Assembly (NCBI GenBank): GCA_934130215.1
Contig: CAKOXR010000001.1
Coordinates: 1 to 57,793, forward strand
Length of the DNA: 57,793 nt
Direction of reading: 5' to 3'
Source: an uncultured Bacilli bacterium
GTDB lineage: Bacteria > Bacillota_I > Bacilli_A > RF39 > UBA660
Notes under the pieces: generated by a model
The model's database searches: none
What the model saw: only the letters and a program-made list of their open reading frames with translations
Told to the model about the DNA's origin: nothing
Program-made: the position numbers and the translations under genes
Shown: one piece after another, positions 8,759 to 18,797 of the stretch
How the letters are laid out: every line of letters begins with the position of its first letter
How positions within the stretch are numbered: the first letter of the stretch is position 1

Positions 8759-9658
8759 ATGAGTAAAATAGATTTACATTTACATAGCACTTTTTCTGAT
8801 GGTGCTTTAGATATTGCAAATCTTTTGAACGAAGTTAAAAAAAAGGATATTAATGTGGTTGCAATTGCTGATCATGAAACAGTAATTGGTTTAGAGGGAT
8901 ATAAAAGAATTAAAGATATTAAAATTATTCCTGCAATAGAAATGAATGTTGATTTATCGGGAGCACATATTCTTGGATATGGTATGGATAATTTTAAAAA
9001 GATTGAGGATGAATTTGATAAAATTAAAAAAAATAATGAAAATATTGTATATGATATAATTAAATCATTAAAAAATGATAATATTAAAATTGATGAAGAT
9101 GATGTTGTTAAAAGTACATTAGAATATCATCGTATAAAAAAACTTCAAGTTGAGTCTAATTCTGATATATTTAAATATAATAAAAATTTTATAATTGTTA
9201 AAACTGATATAGCAAGAACATTAATGGAATTAGGTATTACTAAAAGTATTGATGAATCATATAAAAGATATTTAGGACCTCAAGGTAAATATTTTATTAA
9301 AACAGAAAAAATTAAAACAAGAGATGCTATTGAATTAATTGATTCATGTAATGGTGTAACTGCTCTTGCTCATCCTATGACTGTTAATACAAAAAAAAAT
9401 AATTTATTAAATATTTGTAAAATGTTAAAAGAATATGGTTTATCTGGTATTGAAGTTAATGGGAATACTCGTAGATATTCTGTTAATCAATCTAAAACTT
9501 ATATAGCACTAGCTCGTAAATTGGATTTAATTGAAACTGTTGGAACAGATTTTCATAGAAACGGTCAACAAATGGGAATTGAAGTTTCATCTAAAATTGT
9601 TAGTAATTTAGAAGCAAAAATTAAAGAATTAAAATTAATAAAACATCAGGTTATCTGA
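8759..9658 (+). CDS. PHP-domain metal-dependent phosphoesterase
   Basis: N-terminal IDLHLHSTFSDG motif, then ADHE and AHP motifs. Confidence 0.8.
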   Translation: MSKIDLHLHSTFSDGALDIANLLNEVKKKDINVVAIADHETVIGLEGYKRIKDIKIIPAIEMNVDLSGAHILGYGMDNFKKIEDEFDKIKKNNENIVYDIIKSLKNDNIKIDEDDVVKSTLEYHRIKKLQVESNSDIFKYNKNFIIVKTDIARTLMELGITKSIDESYKRYLGPQGKYFIKTEKIKTRDAIELIDSCNGVTALAHPMTVNTKKNNLLNICKMLKEYGLSGIEVNGNTRRYSVNQSKTYIALARKLDLIETVGTDFHRNGQQMGIEVSSKIVSNLEAKIKELKLIKHQVI

Positions 9659-9665
9659 TGTTTTT
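9640..9665. terminator. Bidirectional hairpin shared by convergent genes
   Basis: AAAACATCAG (9640-9649), loop GTTAT, CTGATGTTTT (9655-9664). The stem is perfect and overlaps both stop codons. Confidence 0.55.
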
Positions 9666-10727
9666 GCTTATATTTAATAATAGTCCAATTGAAATCATAC
9701 TTATTAATAAGCTAGATCCACCATAACTTAAAAATGGTAAAGTTACACCTGTTACAGGTATTAAGCCTACAACAACCATTAAATTAAGAGATGATTGAAG
9801 TGCTAGTGAAAATGTTAGTCCAAATGATAAATATTTTTGAAATAAATTGTTACTTTTTCTTGATATTTTAAATCCTTCATATGTTAATATAGAAAATAAA
9901 AATATTATTAATAAAGAACCTATAAAACCTAGTTCTTCACATATAATTGAAAATATAAAATCTGTTTGAGGTTCTGGAAGATAAAAATGTTTTTGTCTTG
10001 AATTACCTAAACCAAGACCAAATAATGATCCTGGTCCAATTGCATATAATGATTGTATTATTTGAAATCCTGTTTTAAGAGGATCTTTCCAAGGATCTAT
10101 AAATGATATGATTCTATTTAGTCTATAAGGTGCTATTATTATTAATAAAGTGATTCCAAATATACCTAGTAAAGCTATAACTGTAAAAAAACTTAGTTTT
10201 ACACCACTTATAAATAGCATAGCAATTGTTGTTAACATTATAATTGTTCCTGTTCCTAAATCAGGCTCTAACATTATTAAACCAAATATAAATAAATTTA
10301 GTAATAATATAGGAAATACACCTTTTTTTATATCTTTTATTTCTTTATTATTATTTTCTAAATATTTTGCTGTAAATATTATAATTGATATTTTCATAAA
10401 TTCACTTGGTTGGATTCCAAAAGAACCTATTCCAAACCATGATCTAGAGCCATTTCTAACTTTACCTATATGAGGAATTAAAACTAATATTAATAATATT
10501 AAACTTATAAATAATAATAAATTAGATTTTTTTTTAATAAAATTTATATTTATTTTTGATATTATTTTTATTAAGATAAGACCTAATATTGTAAATAATA
10601 ATTGATATTTTAAATATCTAAATGAATCGTTAAATTTATATTTTGCCCATACAGAAGAAGATGAATAAATCATAATTAATCCAATAATATTTAATAATAA
10701 AGATGAAATTAATATTTTTTTATTCAT
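9651..10727 (-). CDS. SEDS family peptidoglycan glycosyltransferase (FtsW/RodA/SpoVE), copy 1
   Basis: Polytopic protein with PEPQTDFIFS and LPFLSYGGSS motifs. The ATG at 10727 forms an ATGA overlap with the mraY stop. Confidence 0.85.
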   Translation of the reverse strand: MNKKILISSLLLNIIGLIMIYSSSSVWAKYKFNDSFRYLKYQLLFTILGLILIKIISKININFIKKKSNLLLFISLILLILVLIPHIGKVRNGSRSWFGIGSFGIQPSEFMKISIIIFTAKYLENNNKEIKDIKKGVFPILLLNLFIFGLIMLEPDLGTGTIIMLTTIAMLFISGVKLSFFTVIALLGIFGITLLIIIAPYRLNRIISFIDPWKDPLKTGFQIIQSLYAIGPGSLFGLGLGNSRQKHFYLPEPQTDFIFSIICEELGFIGSLLIIFLFSILTYEGFKISRKSNNLFQKYLSFGLTFSLALQSSLNLMVVVGLIPVTGVTLPFLSYGGSSLLISMISIGLLLNISKNIR

Positions 10728-11716
10728 AACCAAACTCCATATATTATAGCAAGTAAACTTGATATAAAACCTATACACCAAAATAGTTTAACAATATCTC
10801 TTTCGTTCATTCCTTTTTTTTCAAATGCATGATGTATTGGTGTCATTGTAAAAAGTCTTTTTTTAGTTATTTTATAATAGATTCTTTGTATTATTGTTGT
10901 TAACATTTCAATAACAAATACAAAACCAATTAATATTAATAATAATTCATGTCTTGTTAATATTGCAATTGAAGCTAAAATACTTCCTAAAGCAAGAGAT
11001 CCAGTATCTCCCATAAATACTTTTGCGGGATTTATATTAAATGTTAAAAAACCAAGTAAAGATCCTACTAAAGTAAATATAAAAAGAGCTATACTATCAT
11101 ATCCATTTAACCAATCTGTATTCCATACAATAATACCAAATGTTGAAAGAGCAATTACCCCTAATCCTGCTGCTAAACCATCTAATCCATCTGTTAAATT
11201 TACTGCATTAGTTGAAGCTAGTAATATTAATAAAATAAATATTCCGTATAAAAAACCTATATTTTTTTTAAAGTTTAATATATGAATCCATAATAATGGT
11301 TCATAACCTGATTTTAAATAGATAAAAAAGAATATAAGTGCTATTAAAATTTGTAAAATTAATTTTTGATTTTCTGTTAAACCATCATTTGATTTTCTTT
11401 TAATTTTTAAAAAATCATCAATAAATCCTATTAATGAATACGATATAAATGTAAAAATAATAATAATTAATGAATAATTAAGATTTATTTTATTTAAAAT
11501 TAAAAATAGAATTGTTATAAATAAAGTTGGTAATATAAATATTAAACCACCTATTGTAGGGGTATTATTTTTATTTTGATGTTCTCTTTCTAAATATTTA
11601 CTTATATTTTGATTTATTTTTAATTTTTTTAATAATGGTATTAATAAGTATCCAGTAATTATTGATAGAATAAAACCTATTAAGACTGCTATAAATGATT
11701 TTGTTATTATATACAT
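10724..11716 (-). CDS. mraY: Phospho-N-acetylmuramoyl-pentapeptide transferase
   Basis: NAVNLTDGLDGLA and MGDTGSLALG motifs. AAGGAG RBS precedes the ATG at 11716. Confidence 0.9.
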   Translation of the reverse strand: MYIITKSFIAVLIGFILSIITGYLLIPLLKKLKINQNISKYLEREHQNKNNTPTIGGLIFILPTLFITILFLILNKINLNYSLIIIIFTFISYSLIGFIDDFLKIKRKSNDGLTENQKLILQILIALIFFFIYLKSGYEPLLWIHILNFKKNIGFLYGIFILLILLASTNAVNLTDGLDGLAAGLGVIALSTFGIIVWNTDWLNGYDSIALFIFTLVGSLLGFLTFNINPAKVFMGDTGSLALGSILASIAILTRHELLLILIGFVFVIEMLTTIIQRIYYKITKKRLFTMTPIHHAFEKKGMNERDIVKLFWCIGFISSLLAIIYGVWL

Positions 11717-11837
11717 ATTTATCTCCTTATAAATTATATTCATATTTTATTTATAAGTTGCTTACTTGTTTTTATTTTTTGTTTATGCTACAATATTTTT
11801 GAGAATGAAAAGAGGTAAAAATTAATAGGAGATTTTT

Positions 11838-12830
11838 ATGAAAAATAAAGTAGTAGTATTTGGTGGAGGAACAGGTATGTCCCATTTAATAAAAGGGTTA
11901 AAATTATTTCCTCTTGATATAACAACTATTGTATCTGTATGTGATGATGGAAAAAGTACGGGAAGACTTAGAAATGAATTTCATATTCCTGCTGTTGGTG
12001 ATATAAGACGAATTTTAGTTGCTTTATCAGAAACAGAACCTTTAGTTGAACAACTTTTGAATTATCGTTTTAATACAACGAGTGATTTAAATGGCCATAC
12101 TGTTGGTAATTTATTGTTAACTGCCGCAACTAACATTACTGGTAATATGTCTGATGGAATAGAGGCTTTAGGTAAGGTTTTAAATTTAAAGGGAAGGGTT
12201 TTACCTTTGACAGAGGATTATGTTGTTTTGATGGCTTTAATGGATGATGGAAGTATAGTTGAGGGTGAACATTTAATAACTGAAAGTAATAAAAAAATTC
12301 AAAAAGTTTTTTATAAAGATAAAACAGTTATAAATGATAATGTTATTAAGTCTATTAAAGAAGCTGATTTAATTATTTTAAGTATGGGTAGTTTATATAC
12401 TAGTATTATTCCAAATTTACTTAGTAAAGATATTATTAATGAAATAGATAATAGTCATGCTAAAATAGTTTATACTTGTAATTTAATGACTCAACCTGGT
12501 GAAACTGATGATTTTATGGTTAGTGACCATTTAAAGGTTTTAAATGGTTATTTGGGTAAAAGAAAAATTGATATTGTAATTGCTAATAAGGGTATTATTG
12601 ATAAATCAGTTGCGGAATTATATGCTGATTTAGAACAAAAGGATCCTGTTATTTTAGATTCTAAAGAAGTTAGAAGACTTGGAACTAAAATAATGAGTGA
12701 TGATTTTGCTATTTTGGAGAATAATGTTTTAAGACATGATACTTTAAAACTTGGTTTTAATATATTTTCAATTATTTTAAAAGAAAATGATTTAAAAAAT
12801 CAAAAAAAATTATGTTTACAAAAAAAATAA
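11838..12830 (+). CDS. yvcK: YvcK/CofD-family protein (gluconeogenesis factor, UDP-sugar binding)
   Basis: VVVFGGGTGMSHLIKGLK N-terminus and GSLYTSIIPNLL motif. Confidence 0.85.
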   Translation: MKNKVVVFGGGTGMSHLIKGLKLFPLDITTIVSVCDDGKSTGRLRNEFHIPAVGDIRRILVALSETEPLVEQLLNYRFNTTSDLNGHTVGNLLLTAATNITGNMSDGIEALGKVLNLKGRVLPLTEDYVVLMALMDDGSIVEGEHLITESNKKIQKVFYKDKTVINDNVIKSIKEADLIILSMGSLYTSIIPNLLSKDIINEIDNSHAKIVYTCNLMTQPGETDDFMVSDHLKVLNGYLGKRKIDIVIANKGIIDKSVAELYADLEQKDPVILDSKEVRRLGTKIMSDDFAILENNVLRHDTLKLGFNIFSIILKENDLKNQKKLCLQKK

Positions 12831-12849
12831 GAAGAACTATTTGTTCTTC
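12831..12849. terminator. Hairpin after yvcK
   Basis: GAAGAAC, loop TATTT, GTTCTTC. The T-tract that follows is short. Confidence 0.4.
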
Positions 12850-12947
12850 TTTAAATATAATGTGTTTAATACTTTAACTTTTTTACCAATTTTTGTAATA
12901 AATTGTTTTTTTACTCCTTCTGGTAATCTTTTTTTAATTACTTTCAT
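12837..12947 (-). CDS. Candidate 36-aa lysine-rich small protein, absent from the ORF track
   Basis: My translation of the minus strand gives MKVIKKRLPEGVKKQFITKIGKKVKVLNTLYLKKNK. It is preceded by AAGAAAGGAAATAAA-ATG (RBS-like) and lies in an otherwise empty 283-nt gap. Confidence 0.2.
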   Translation of the reverse strand: MKVIKKRLPEGVKKQFITKIGKKVKVLNTLYLKKNK

Positions 12948-13113
12948 TTTATTTCCTTTCTTATATATAGGTATAAAAATTTAAGTTAAATTTTTTTAAT
13001 TTTACCTCTTTTTCTTAATAATTATATCATATTTACTTTTATTTACAATAGTTTTTAATAAAAAACTGGAATAAATTTTATTTTTAAGGTAAAATAATAA
13101 TAGGTGGTTTGTT

Positions 13114-14358
13114 ATGAAAAAAAGACATATAAAAAAGGCTGTTTTATATATATTTATTATAATTTTAATATTATATATTAGTATTATGTTAATTATAATT
13201 AATAAGAAAAAAGAAGCTAAGGTTAAAGATATTTATATGATATCTTTAATTGGTAAGAGTGAAGATGAAGTTTTAGAATTTGCATCAAAATATAAACTTA
13301 GATTAAATATTAACTATGTTTATAGTGATAGTAATAAGGGTGCTTCTAAACAAAGTATTAAAGAAGGAACTATAATAAAAGAAAATGATAGTTTAGATGT
13401 TACTATTAATAAATATATTGATAAAGAAAAGTTAAAAAAAGATGATATTAATGAATTAGGTAGAATTCCTGTTATGATGTATCATCATATTGTAAATATT
13501 GATGATAATAAATATACTGGTGGTAATGTTGATAAAGATGGTTATAATAGAACTAGTAATGCTTTTAGAAATGATTTAGAATTTTATTATAAAAATGGTT
13601 ATAGAATGATTAGATTAATAGATTATGTTAATGGTAGAATTGATGTTGAATATGGTAAAAGTCCAATTGTTTTAACTTTTGATGATGGAAATGCTGATAA
13701 TATAAAGGTTCTTGGTTTAGATGATAATGGTGATATTATAATTGATCCTAATAGTGCTGTTGGTATTTTAGAGGAATTTAAAAAGAAATATCCTGATTTT
13801 TCTGTAACTGCTACTTTCTTTGTTACTGGTGCTTTATTTAATCAAGGCGAATATAATGAAAAAATACTTAAATTCTTGGTTGATAATGGTTATGATGTTG
13901 GTAATCATACTAAAGATCATAATAATATGAGTAATATTTCTGAAGATGAAACTGAATATGTTGTTGGTTATGTTTATGATAAACTTGAAAAAATTATAAA
14001 TGATAAATATGTTAATATAGTAGCACTTCCTTTTGGTACTCCTTATTTATCAACTCATAAAAATTTTAGTCATATTAAAAAATCTAATTTTAATGGAAAA
14101 ACATATAATACAGTTACAGCATTAAGAGTAGGATGGGAACCAGATACTTCACCTTTTTCAAAAAACTTTAATAAAGATTTTATAAAAAGGTGTAGAGCAT
14201 ATGATAATAATGGTAAAGAATTTGATATTGATATGGTTTTTAATAGTATTTTAAAAGATTTAAGGTATATATCAGATGGTGATCCTAGTACTATTACAAT
14301 TCCTAAAGAATACGAAAAATATTTAAATGATAATAATTTATATAAAATATTATATTAA
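13114..14358 (+). CDS. Membrane-anchored polysaccharide deacetylase (NodB fold) with a PASTA-like segment
   Basis: N-terminal TM; NodB motifs LTFDDGNADN and GNHTKDH. Confidence 0.8.
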   Translation: MKKRHIKKAVLYIFIIILILYISIMLIIINKKKEAKVKDIYMISLIGKSEDEVLEFASKYKLRLNINYVYSDSNKGASKQSIKEGTIIKENDSLDVTINKYIDKEKLKKDDINELGRIPVMMYHHIVNIDDNKYTGGNVDKDGYNRTSNAFRNDLEFYYKNGYRMIRLIDYVNGRIDVEYGKSPIVLTFDDGNADNIKVLGLDDNGDIIIDPNSAVGILEEFKKKYPDFSVTATFFVTGALFNQGEYNEKILKFLVDNGYDVGNHTKDHNNMSNISEDETEYVVGYVYDKLEKIINDKYVNIVALPFGTPYLSTHKNFSHIKKSNFNGKTYNTVTALRVGWEPDTSPFSKNFNKDFIKRCRAYDNNGKEFDIDMVFNSILKDLRYISDGDPSTITIPKEYEKYLNDNNLYKILY

Positions 14359-14359
14359 A

Positions 14360-14384
14360 AAAATTCTACTTTTGTAGAATTTTT
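14360..14384. terminator. Bidirectional hairpin between convergent genes
   Basis: AAAATTCTAC (14360-14369), loop TTTT, GTAGAATTTT (14374-14383). Confidence 0.55.
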
Positions 14385-15808
14385 GTTTTATGAATCATAT
14401 TATTTGATAAATCAAGATTGATTGTTTCTTCTAATATTTTATATTCTAAAGCTAGTAAAGTACATTTATGTAGTATTATATCTTTTAAACTAGAATAATC
14501 ACTTGCATTAATCATTGTATAATTATTTGGTAATGTTATTTTATCAAGATGTGTTTCTGGAAAATATTTATTGATATTATCGTCAATATATGTTAAACGG
14601 TTATGAGTTCTATTACTCATTAGACAAACAGTAATATTATTTATAGGATCTACTGTTAATTGAGTTCCAGTCCATCCTGCGGTTGCAAATGATCTACTAC
14701 TTAATGAGTGATGAATTTCACTATTTTTTAATATTGGATTTTTTGTATAACATAAGAAACCATAGTATTGTGTTGATTTATGAATGTTTTTATCTGTATA
14801 TAAGAATCCTGTATGATTTTTTGTCATTAATTTAAAATATTTTTCATTTAATAATTGATTATTTATTAAACCATGAGCTAGTTTAACCATATCTTTTGAT
14901 GTTGAAAATAAACCAGCATGACCACTTAGGTTTCCTTCTGGTTGACCTAGTATTCTTGCTTTTTCATCAGATGAAATACCAAGGTCTGCAGTTGTTCTTA
15001 TTAATGTATCACCATTTTTAAAGATTCTTCCATCATAGTTACTATTTGCACATCTTTCTTTATCTTTAACAGTTACATATGTATCATTCATATCTAAGAC
15101 ATCTAATATATTTTCTTTTATATAATCATAAAAATTTTGATTTGTTATTTTTTCTACAATATATTTTAAAACCATTGAAGAAAAATCATTGTATCTTTTA
15201 GAATTAATACTTATATTTTTTGTTTTAACTGTTAATAATGCTTCATATGCTTCATCATAACTATTACATTCATCTAATCTTTTTTCTGTTTCTAATGGAT
15301 AAAATGTTAATAAATCATAAATATTTAGTTTTCCAATATTTTTAAATTCTGGTAAATATTTTTCAACTTTGTCTTCTAGTTTTAATTCTTTTTTAGATAA
15401 TAATTGTGTAATAGCAATACTTGTAAATAATTTTGTTTCCGAAGCTAGATCAAAGATTGTATCATATTCCATTTTTATTGGTTTATTAACTAATCTACCA
15501 TTTTTAAGTATTACTTCTTGTTTATTACCAACAACTATATTTTGTTCATAGTTTTTTGTTCCAAAACTTATAACAGCACCAGGTGCTATTTTTCTTTCTA
15601 AAAAGAAGTTTTTAATTAATTGTTCAATTTTTGAATTTTCATATAATTTATTGTATAGTTCTGTTAAAGAACAATCCTTGTTTTCATTTAAAACTTTAGT
15701 TACATCATTTAATAATAATTCATAATCATCTTTTTTGTATAAATTTTTTAAATTTATATCATTTATTTTGTTTTGTTTTCTAATTAAATTAGAAATTGAG
15801 CTATTCAT
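14366..15808 (-). CDS. Serine hydrolase, beta-lactamase/class C PBP-like family
   Basis: SxxK motif in DLASETKLFTS. The ATG at 15808 follows a GGTGGGGGG RBS. Confidence 0.8.
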   Translation of the reverse strand: MNSSISNLIRKQNKINDINLKNLYKKDDYELLLNDVTKVLNENKDCSLTELYNKLYENSKIEQLIKNFFLERKIAPGAVISFGTKNYEQNIVVGNKQEVILKNGRLVNKPIKMEYDTIFDLASETKLFTSIAITQLLSKKELKLEDKVEKYLPEFKNIGKLNIYDLLTFYPLETEKRLDECNSYDEAYEALLTVKTKNISINSKRYNDFSSMVLKYIVEKITNQNFYDYIKENILDVLDMNDTYVTVKDKERCANSNYDGRIFKNGDTLIRTTADLGISSDEKARILGQPEGNLSGHAGLFSTSKDMVKLAHGLINNQLLNEKYFKLMTKNHTGFLYTDKNIHKSTQYYGFLCYTKNPILKNSEIHHSLSSRSFATAGWTGTQLTVDPINNITVCLMSNRTHNRLTYIDDNINKYFPETHLDKITLPNNYTMINASDYSSLKDIILHKCTLLALEYKILEETINLDLSNNMIHKTKILQK

Positions 15809-15907
15809 TTTTCCCCCCACCTCGTTATAAATACTAACATATATTTATAAATTATACAAATTGAAGTCCATTTTTTTTTTATTTTCATAAAATATATTGG
15901 TGATACA

Positions 15908-17155
15908 ATGAATATATATGATTTAAATAAAATAATAGAAGGAAATATTATAAATATTTATAAAAAAACTTATGATAATGTTCAAACTGATACTAGAAAA
16001 GTAGATAGTAATAGTTTGTTATTTATTTTTAAATTAGAGCATGATAATGCTTATAAATATATTAAAAATATGAAAGTAAAACCCTCAATTATTGTTATAA
16101 ATCAAGATGAAGAAATAATTGATGGTGTTTCTTGTATAACTGTTGAAAATACTATTTTATCTTATGCAAAACTTGCTAGATGTAATAATAGATGTTTATA
16201 TACCATTATGATTACTGGTTCGGTTGGAAAAACAATAACCAAAGATTTAATATATGATATATTAAGTAAATGTTATAAAGTTAAAAAAACTGAACAATCT
16301 AAAAATAATATTTTAGGTATTTCTGAAACCATGTTATCATTAAAAGATGAAGATATATTAGTTATAGAAGCTGGTAGTAATCATATTGGTGAAATTGATC
16401 AAATTGCCCGTATTTTAAAACCTAATATTGGTGTTATTACAAAAATTGGAACAAGTCATATAGGAAATTTTGGTAATTTAAAAAATATATTTATTGAAAA
16501 AACTAATTATAGTAAAAATATACTTACTTTTGTTAATGGAAAAGATAAATATTTAAAAAAATTAAAAGGTAAAAATATAATTTTTGTTAATTATAAAAAT
16601 GTTAAAATAAAAGAAAATATTACTTTTAAAATAAATAATATTACATATGAATTTAATAGTTTAAATAAAGATTTAATATCCGATGTTGCTCTTGCTATTA
16701 ATATTGGTTTATTATTTGATATACCTATTAATATAATAAAAAATACAATTAAAAATTTTAAATTTCCTTTACATAGACAAAATATTTATAGATTTAAAAA
16801 CACTATTTTAATTGATGATTCTTATAACTGCTCTTATGAATCTTTAATCGCAAGTATAAATTTAATAAAAAAAATAAATAAAAAAAAATTATTAATTTTA
16901 GGGGATATATATGAACTTGGAAAAAAAGAAAAGAAAATACATAAAAAAATAATAAAGAAAGTTAAAAAATATGAATTATATACAGTTGGTAATAAATATA
17001 AATATAAAAATAATTTTAAAACAAAAGAAGAATTATATAAAAAATTAGAAACTATTAATTTTGATAATAAAGTTATATTAGTTAAAGCATCAAGAAAAAT
17101 GGAATTTGAAAAAGTTGTTACATTTATTATTAAATTACTGGAAAAAGATTCATAA
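15908..17155 (+). CDS. murF: UDP-N-acetylmuramoyl-tripeptide--D-alanyl-D-alanine ligase
   Basis: TDTRKVDSNSLLFIF segment, Mur ligase P-loop ITGSVGKTITKD, and DDSYNCS. Confidence 0.8.
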   Translation: MNIYDLNKIIEGNIINIYKKTYDNVQTDTRKVDSNSLLFIFKLEHDNAYKYIKNMKVKPSIIVINQDEEIIDGVSCITVENTILSYAKLARCNNRCLYTIMITGSVGKTITKDLIYDILSKCYKVKKTEQSKNNILGISETMLSLKDEDILVIEAGSNHIGEIDQIARILKPNIGVITKIGTSHIGNFGNLKNIFIEKTNYSKNILTFVNGKDKYLKKLKGKNIIFVNYKNVKIKENITFKINNITYEFNSLNKDLISDVALAINIGLLFDIPINIIKNTIKNFKFPLHRQNIYRFKNTILIDDSYNCSYESLIASINLIKKINKKKLLILGDIYELGKKEKKIHKKIIKKVKKYELYTVGNKYKYKNNFKTKEELYKKLETINFDNKVILVKASRKMEFEKVVTFIIKLLEKDS

Positions 17156-17185
17156 ATAGTATATAATATAGTTGAGGTGTAAGAT

Positions 17186-17656
17186 ATGTATAGGAAAAAA
17201 ACTGATGGTTTTATGTATATAGTTGCTAGTTTTATGGTTACATTTGTACTTGTTTCAATGGCAGGAATGACATATTGTAGAGTTCAAGATGAACCAATTA
17301 TCGAAGAAAAAAAAGAAGTTAAAATGGTTGCTAAAATTGAAGGATGGAATAAAAATAATAAAGATTTTAATATAGATGATAAAAAGATAGAAATTAATGT
17401 TGATGCTACTGGTAGTACTACTTCTGTTAAGTATAAAGTTATTGTTTCTAATATTCCATCTGGTGTTAAATTATATAAAGATGAAAATTTTTTCTATGAA
17501 CTTGCAAATGAATTTGATGGTGTAATTGAGCATAAAGAAACAATGAAAGAACAAATTATTTTTTATGTTGAAAATTTAAATGAAAAAGCACCAGAATTAG
17601 GAGACGAAGTTAGTTCTGAAAAAATAAATGTAAAGTTGGAATTCGAAAAAAGTTGA
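17186..17656 (+). CDS. Small exported or membrane-anchored protein, unknown function
   Basis: N-terminal hydrophobic segment, then a beta-rich region (INVDATGSTTSVKYKVIVSN) like the N-terminal modules of the SipW-signal proteins in this window. Confidence 0.5.
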   Translation: MYRKKTDGFMYIVASFMVTFVLVSMAGMTYCRVQDEPIIEEKKEVKMVAKIEGWNKNNKDFNIDDKKIEINVDATGSTTSVKYKVIVSNIPSGVKLYKDENFFYELANEFDGVIEHKETMKEQIIFYVENLNEKAPELGDEVSSEKINVKLEFEKS

Positions 17657-17681
17657 CAAAAATGCTCTAATTTTATATACT
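17653..17681 (+). promoter_or_regulatory. Sigma-A type promoter of the NrtR-like gene
   Basis: TTGACA (17653-17658), 17-nt spacer, TATACT (17676-17681). Confidence 0.55.
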
Positions 17682-17687
17682 AGATAT

Positions 17688-17700
17688 TGTCCCTTGGACA
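17688..17700 (+). promoter_or_regulatory. Candidate operator palindrome
   Basis: TGTCC-CTT-GGACA, a perfect 5-3-5 inverted repeat starting 7 nt after the -10 element and ending just before the RBS. Confidence 0.3.
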
Positions 17701-17713
17701 CAAAGGAGTATAT

Positions 17714-18364
17714 ATGAGTACTGAAATAGAATCCCTGATTAGTATTTATACTATTGATCAAGGAAAAATTAAAGTTTTATTAATTAAAAATATTGAAGAA
17801 CCTTATAAAGGTTATTGGCATTTGCCTGGTAGTTTTTTAAAATCTACAGAATCACTTGAAAATAATATAACAGATGTTGTATATGATGAGTTAGGATTTA
17901 CTAATTTAAGTATTGAACAAAGTCATACATTTAGTGATATAAATAGAATTGCTGATAAAAGAGTAATTGCTGTTAATTTTATATCTATTATAGATGTTAT
18001 TACAGCAAGTATAAAAAGAGTTCCTGTTGAAAATATTCAATCAGAATGGTTTTCAATTGATGAATTACCAAAACTTATGTATGATCATGATATAATTATA
18101 AATAATTCAATAAAATCATTAAAACAAAAATTATCAAATTCAAATTCTTTAAAATCTTTGTTTCCTAGTGATTTTACATTACCAGAAATACAAAAAGTTT
18201 ATGAATATTTATTTGATATAAATATTGATAGAAGAAATTTTAGAAAAAGATTTATTAAATTTGATATGATTGAGGAAACTGGAGAATATAGTGATTCTTT
18301 AAGTGGCAGACCTGCTAAATTATATAGATTTAAAGATGATATAAAAAATATAAATTTATTTTAG
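17714..18364 (+). CDS. NrtR-like regulator: degenerate Nudix domain fused to a C-terminal winged helix
   Basis: Nudix box is degenerate (GSFLKSTESLENNITDVVYDELG). The C-terminal FTLPEIQKVYEYLF...DRRNFRKRF...GRPAKLYRF matches the NrtR wHTH signature. Confidence 0.8.
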   Translation: MSTEIESLISIYTIDQGKIKVLLIKNIEEPYKGYWHLPGSFLKSTESLENNITDVVYDELGFTNLSIEQSHTFSDINRIADKRVIAVNFISIIDVITASIKRVPVENIQSEWFSIDELPKLMYDHDIIINNSIKSLKQKLSNSNSLKSLFPSDFTLPEIQKVYEYLFDINIDRRNFRKRFIKFDMIEETGEYSDSLSGRPAKLYRFKDDIKNINLF

Positions 18365-18372
18365 GAGTTAAT

Positions 18373-18732
18373 ATGAATCAAAAAGGAATGACATTAGGTG
18401 TGGAAATATTTGTGATTGTTTTTTTTGCTTTTGCTGCTTTTTTTTCTGTGTATCTTTTAAGTAAATCTTTTACAGGAAAATATGAAGTTAATGAAAATAA
18501 ATTAAGTTATTATCTTAAAATAGAAAATGAACTTGAAAATGCAGCTAAAAAGTATATTGAAAAAAATGAAACCGGAGAAAAAATAGTAGTTAGTTCAAAT
18601 ACTTTAAGAGAAGTTGGGTATTATATAAATAGATGTAATGGTTATGTTATAATTGATAAATTATTATATAAACCATTTATAAAATGTGATGATTATACTA
18701 CAATTGGATATTCTAGTGAACTTGCTAATTAA
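18373..18732 (+). CDS. Small membrane-anchored protein, possibly a degenerate pseudopilin
   Basis: N-terminus MNQKGMTLGVEIFVIVFF is a near-miss of the G|FTLxE prepilin motif, with Glu at +6. Two Cys lie in the C-terminal part. Confidence 0.45.
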   Translation: MNQKGMTLGVEIFVIVFFAFAAFFSVYLLSKSFTGKYEVNENKLSYYLKIENELENAAKKYIEKNETGEKIVVSSNTLREVGYYINRCNGYVIIDKLLYKPFIKCDDYTTIGYSSELAN

Positions 18733-18797
18733 AAAAATGTATTCCATTTTTTTTTAATATGGTGTATAATTATTTAGGAACATAAAGGAGGAATTAA

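Noticed and set aside
12950-13113. Possible riboswitch or small RNA in the long AT-rich gap upstream of the deacetylase gene
   Set aside because: I could not identify any conserved riboswitch core, stable stem-loop series or terminator. The sequence is consistent with ordinary AT-rich promoter DNA.
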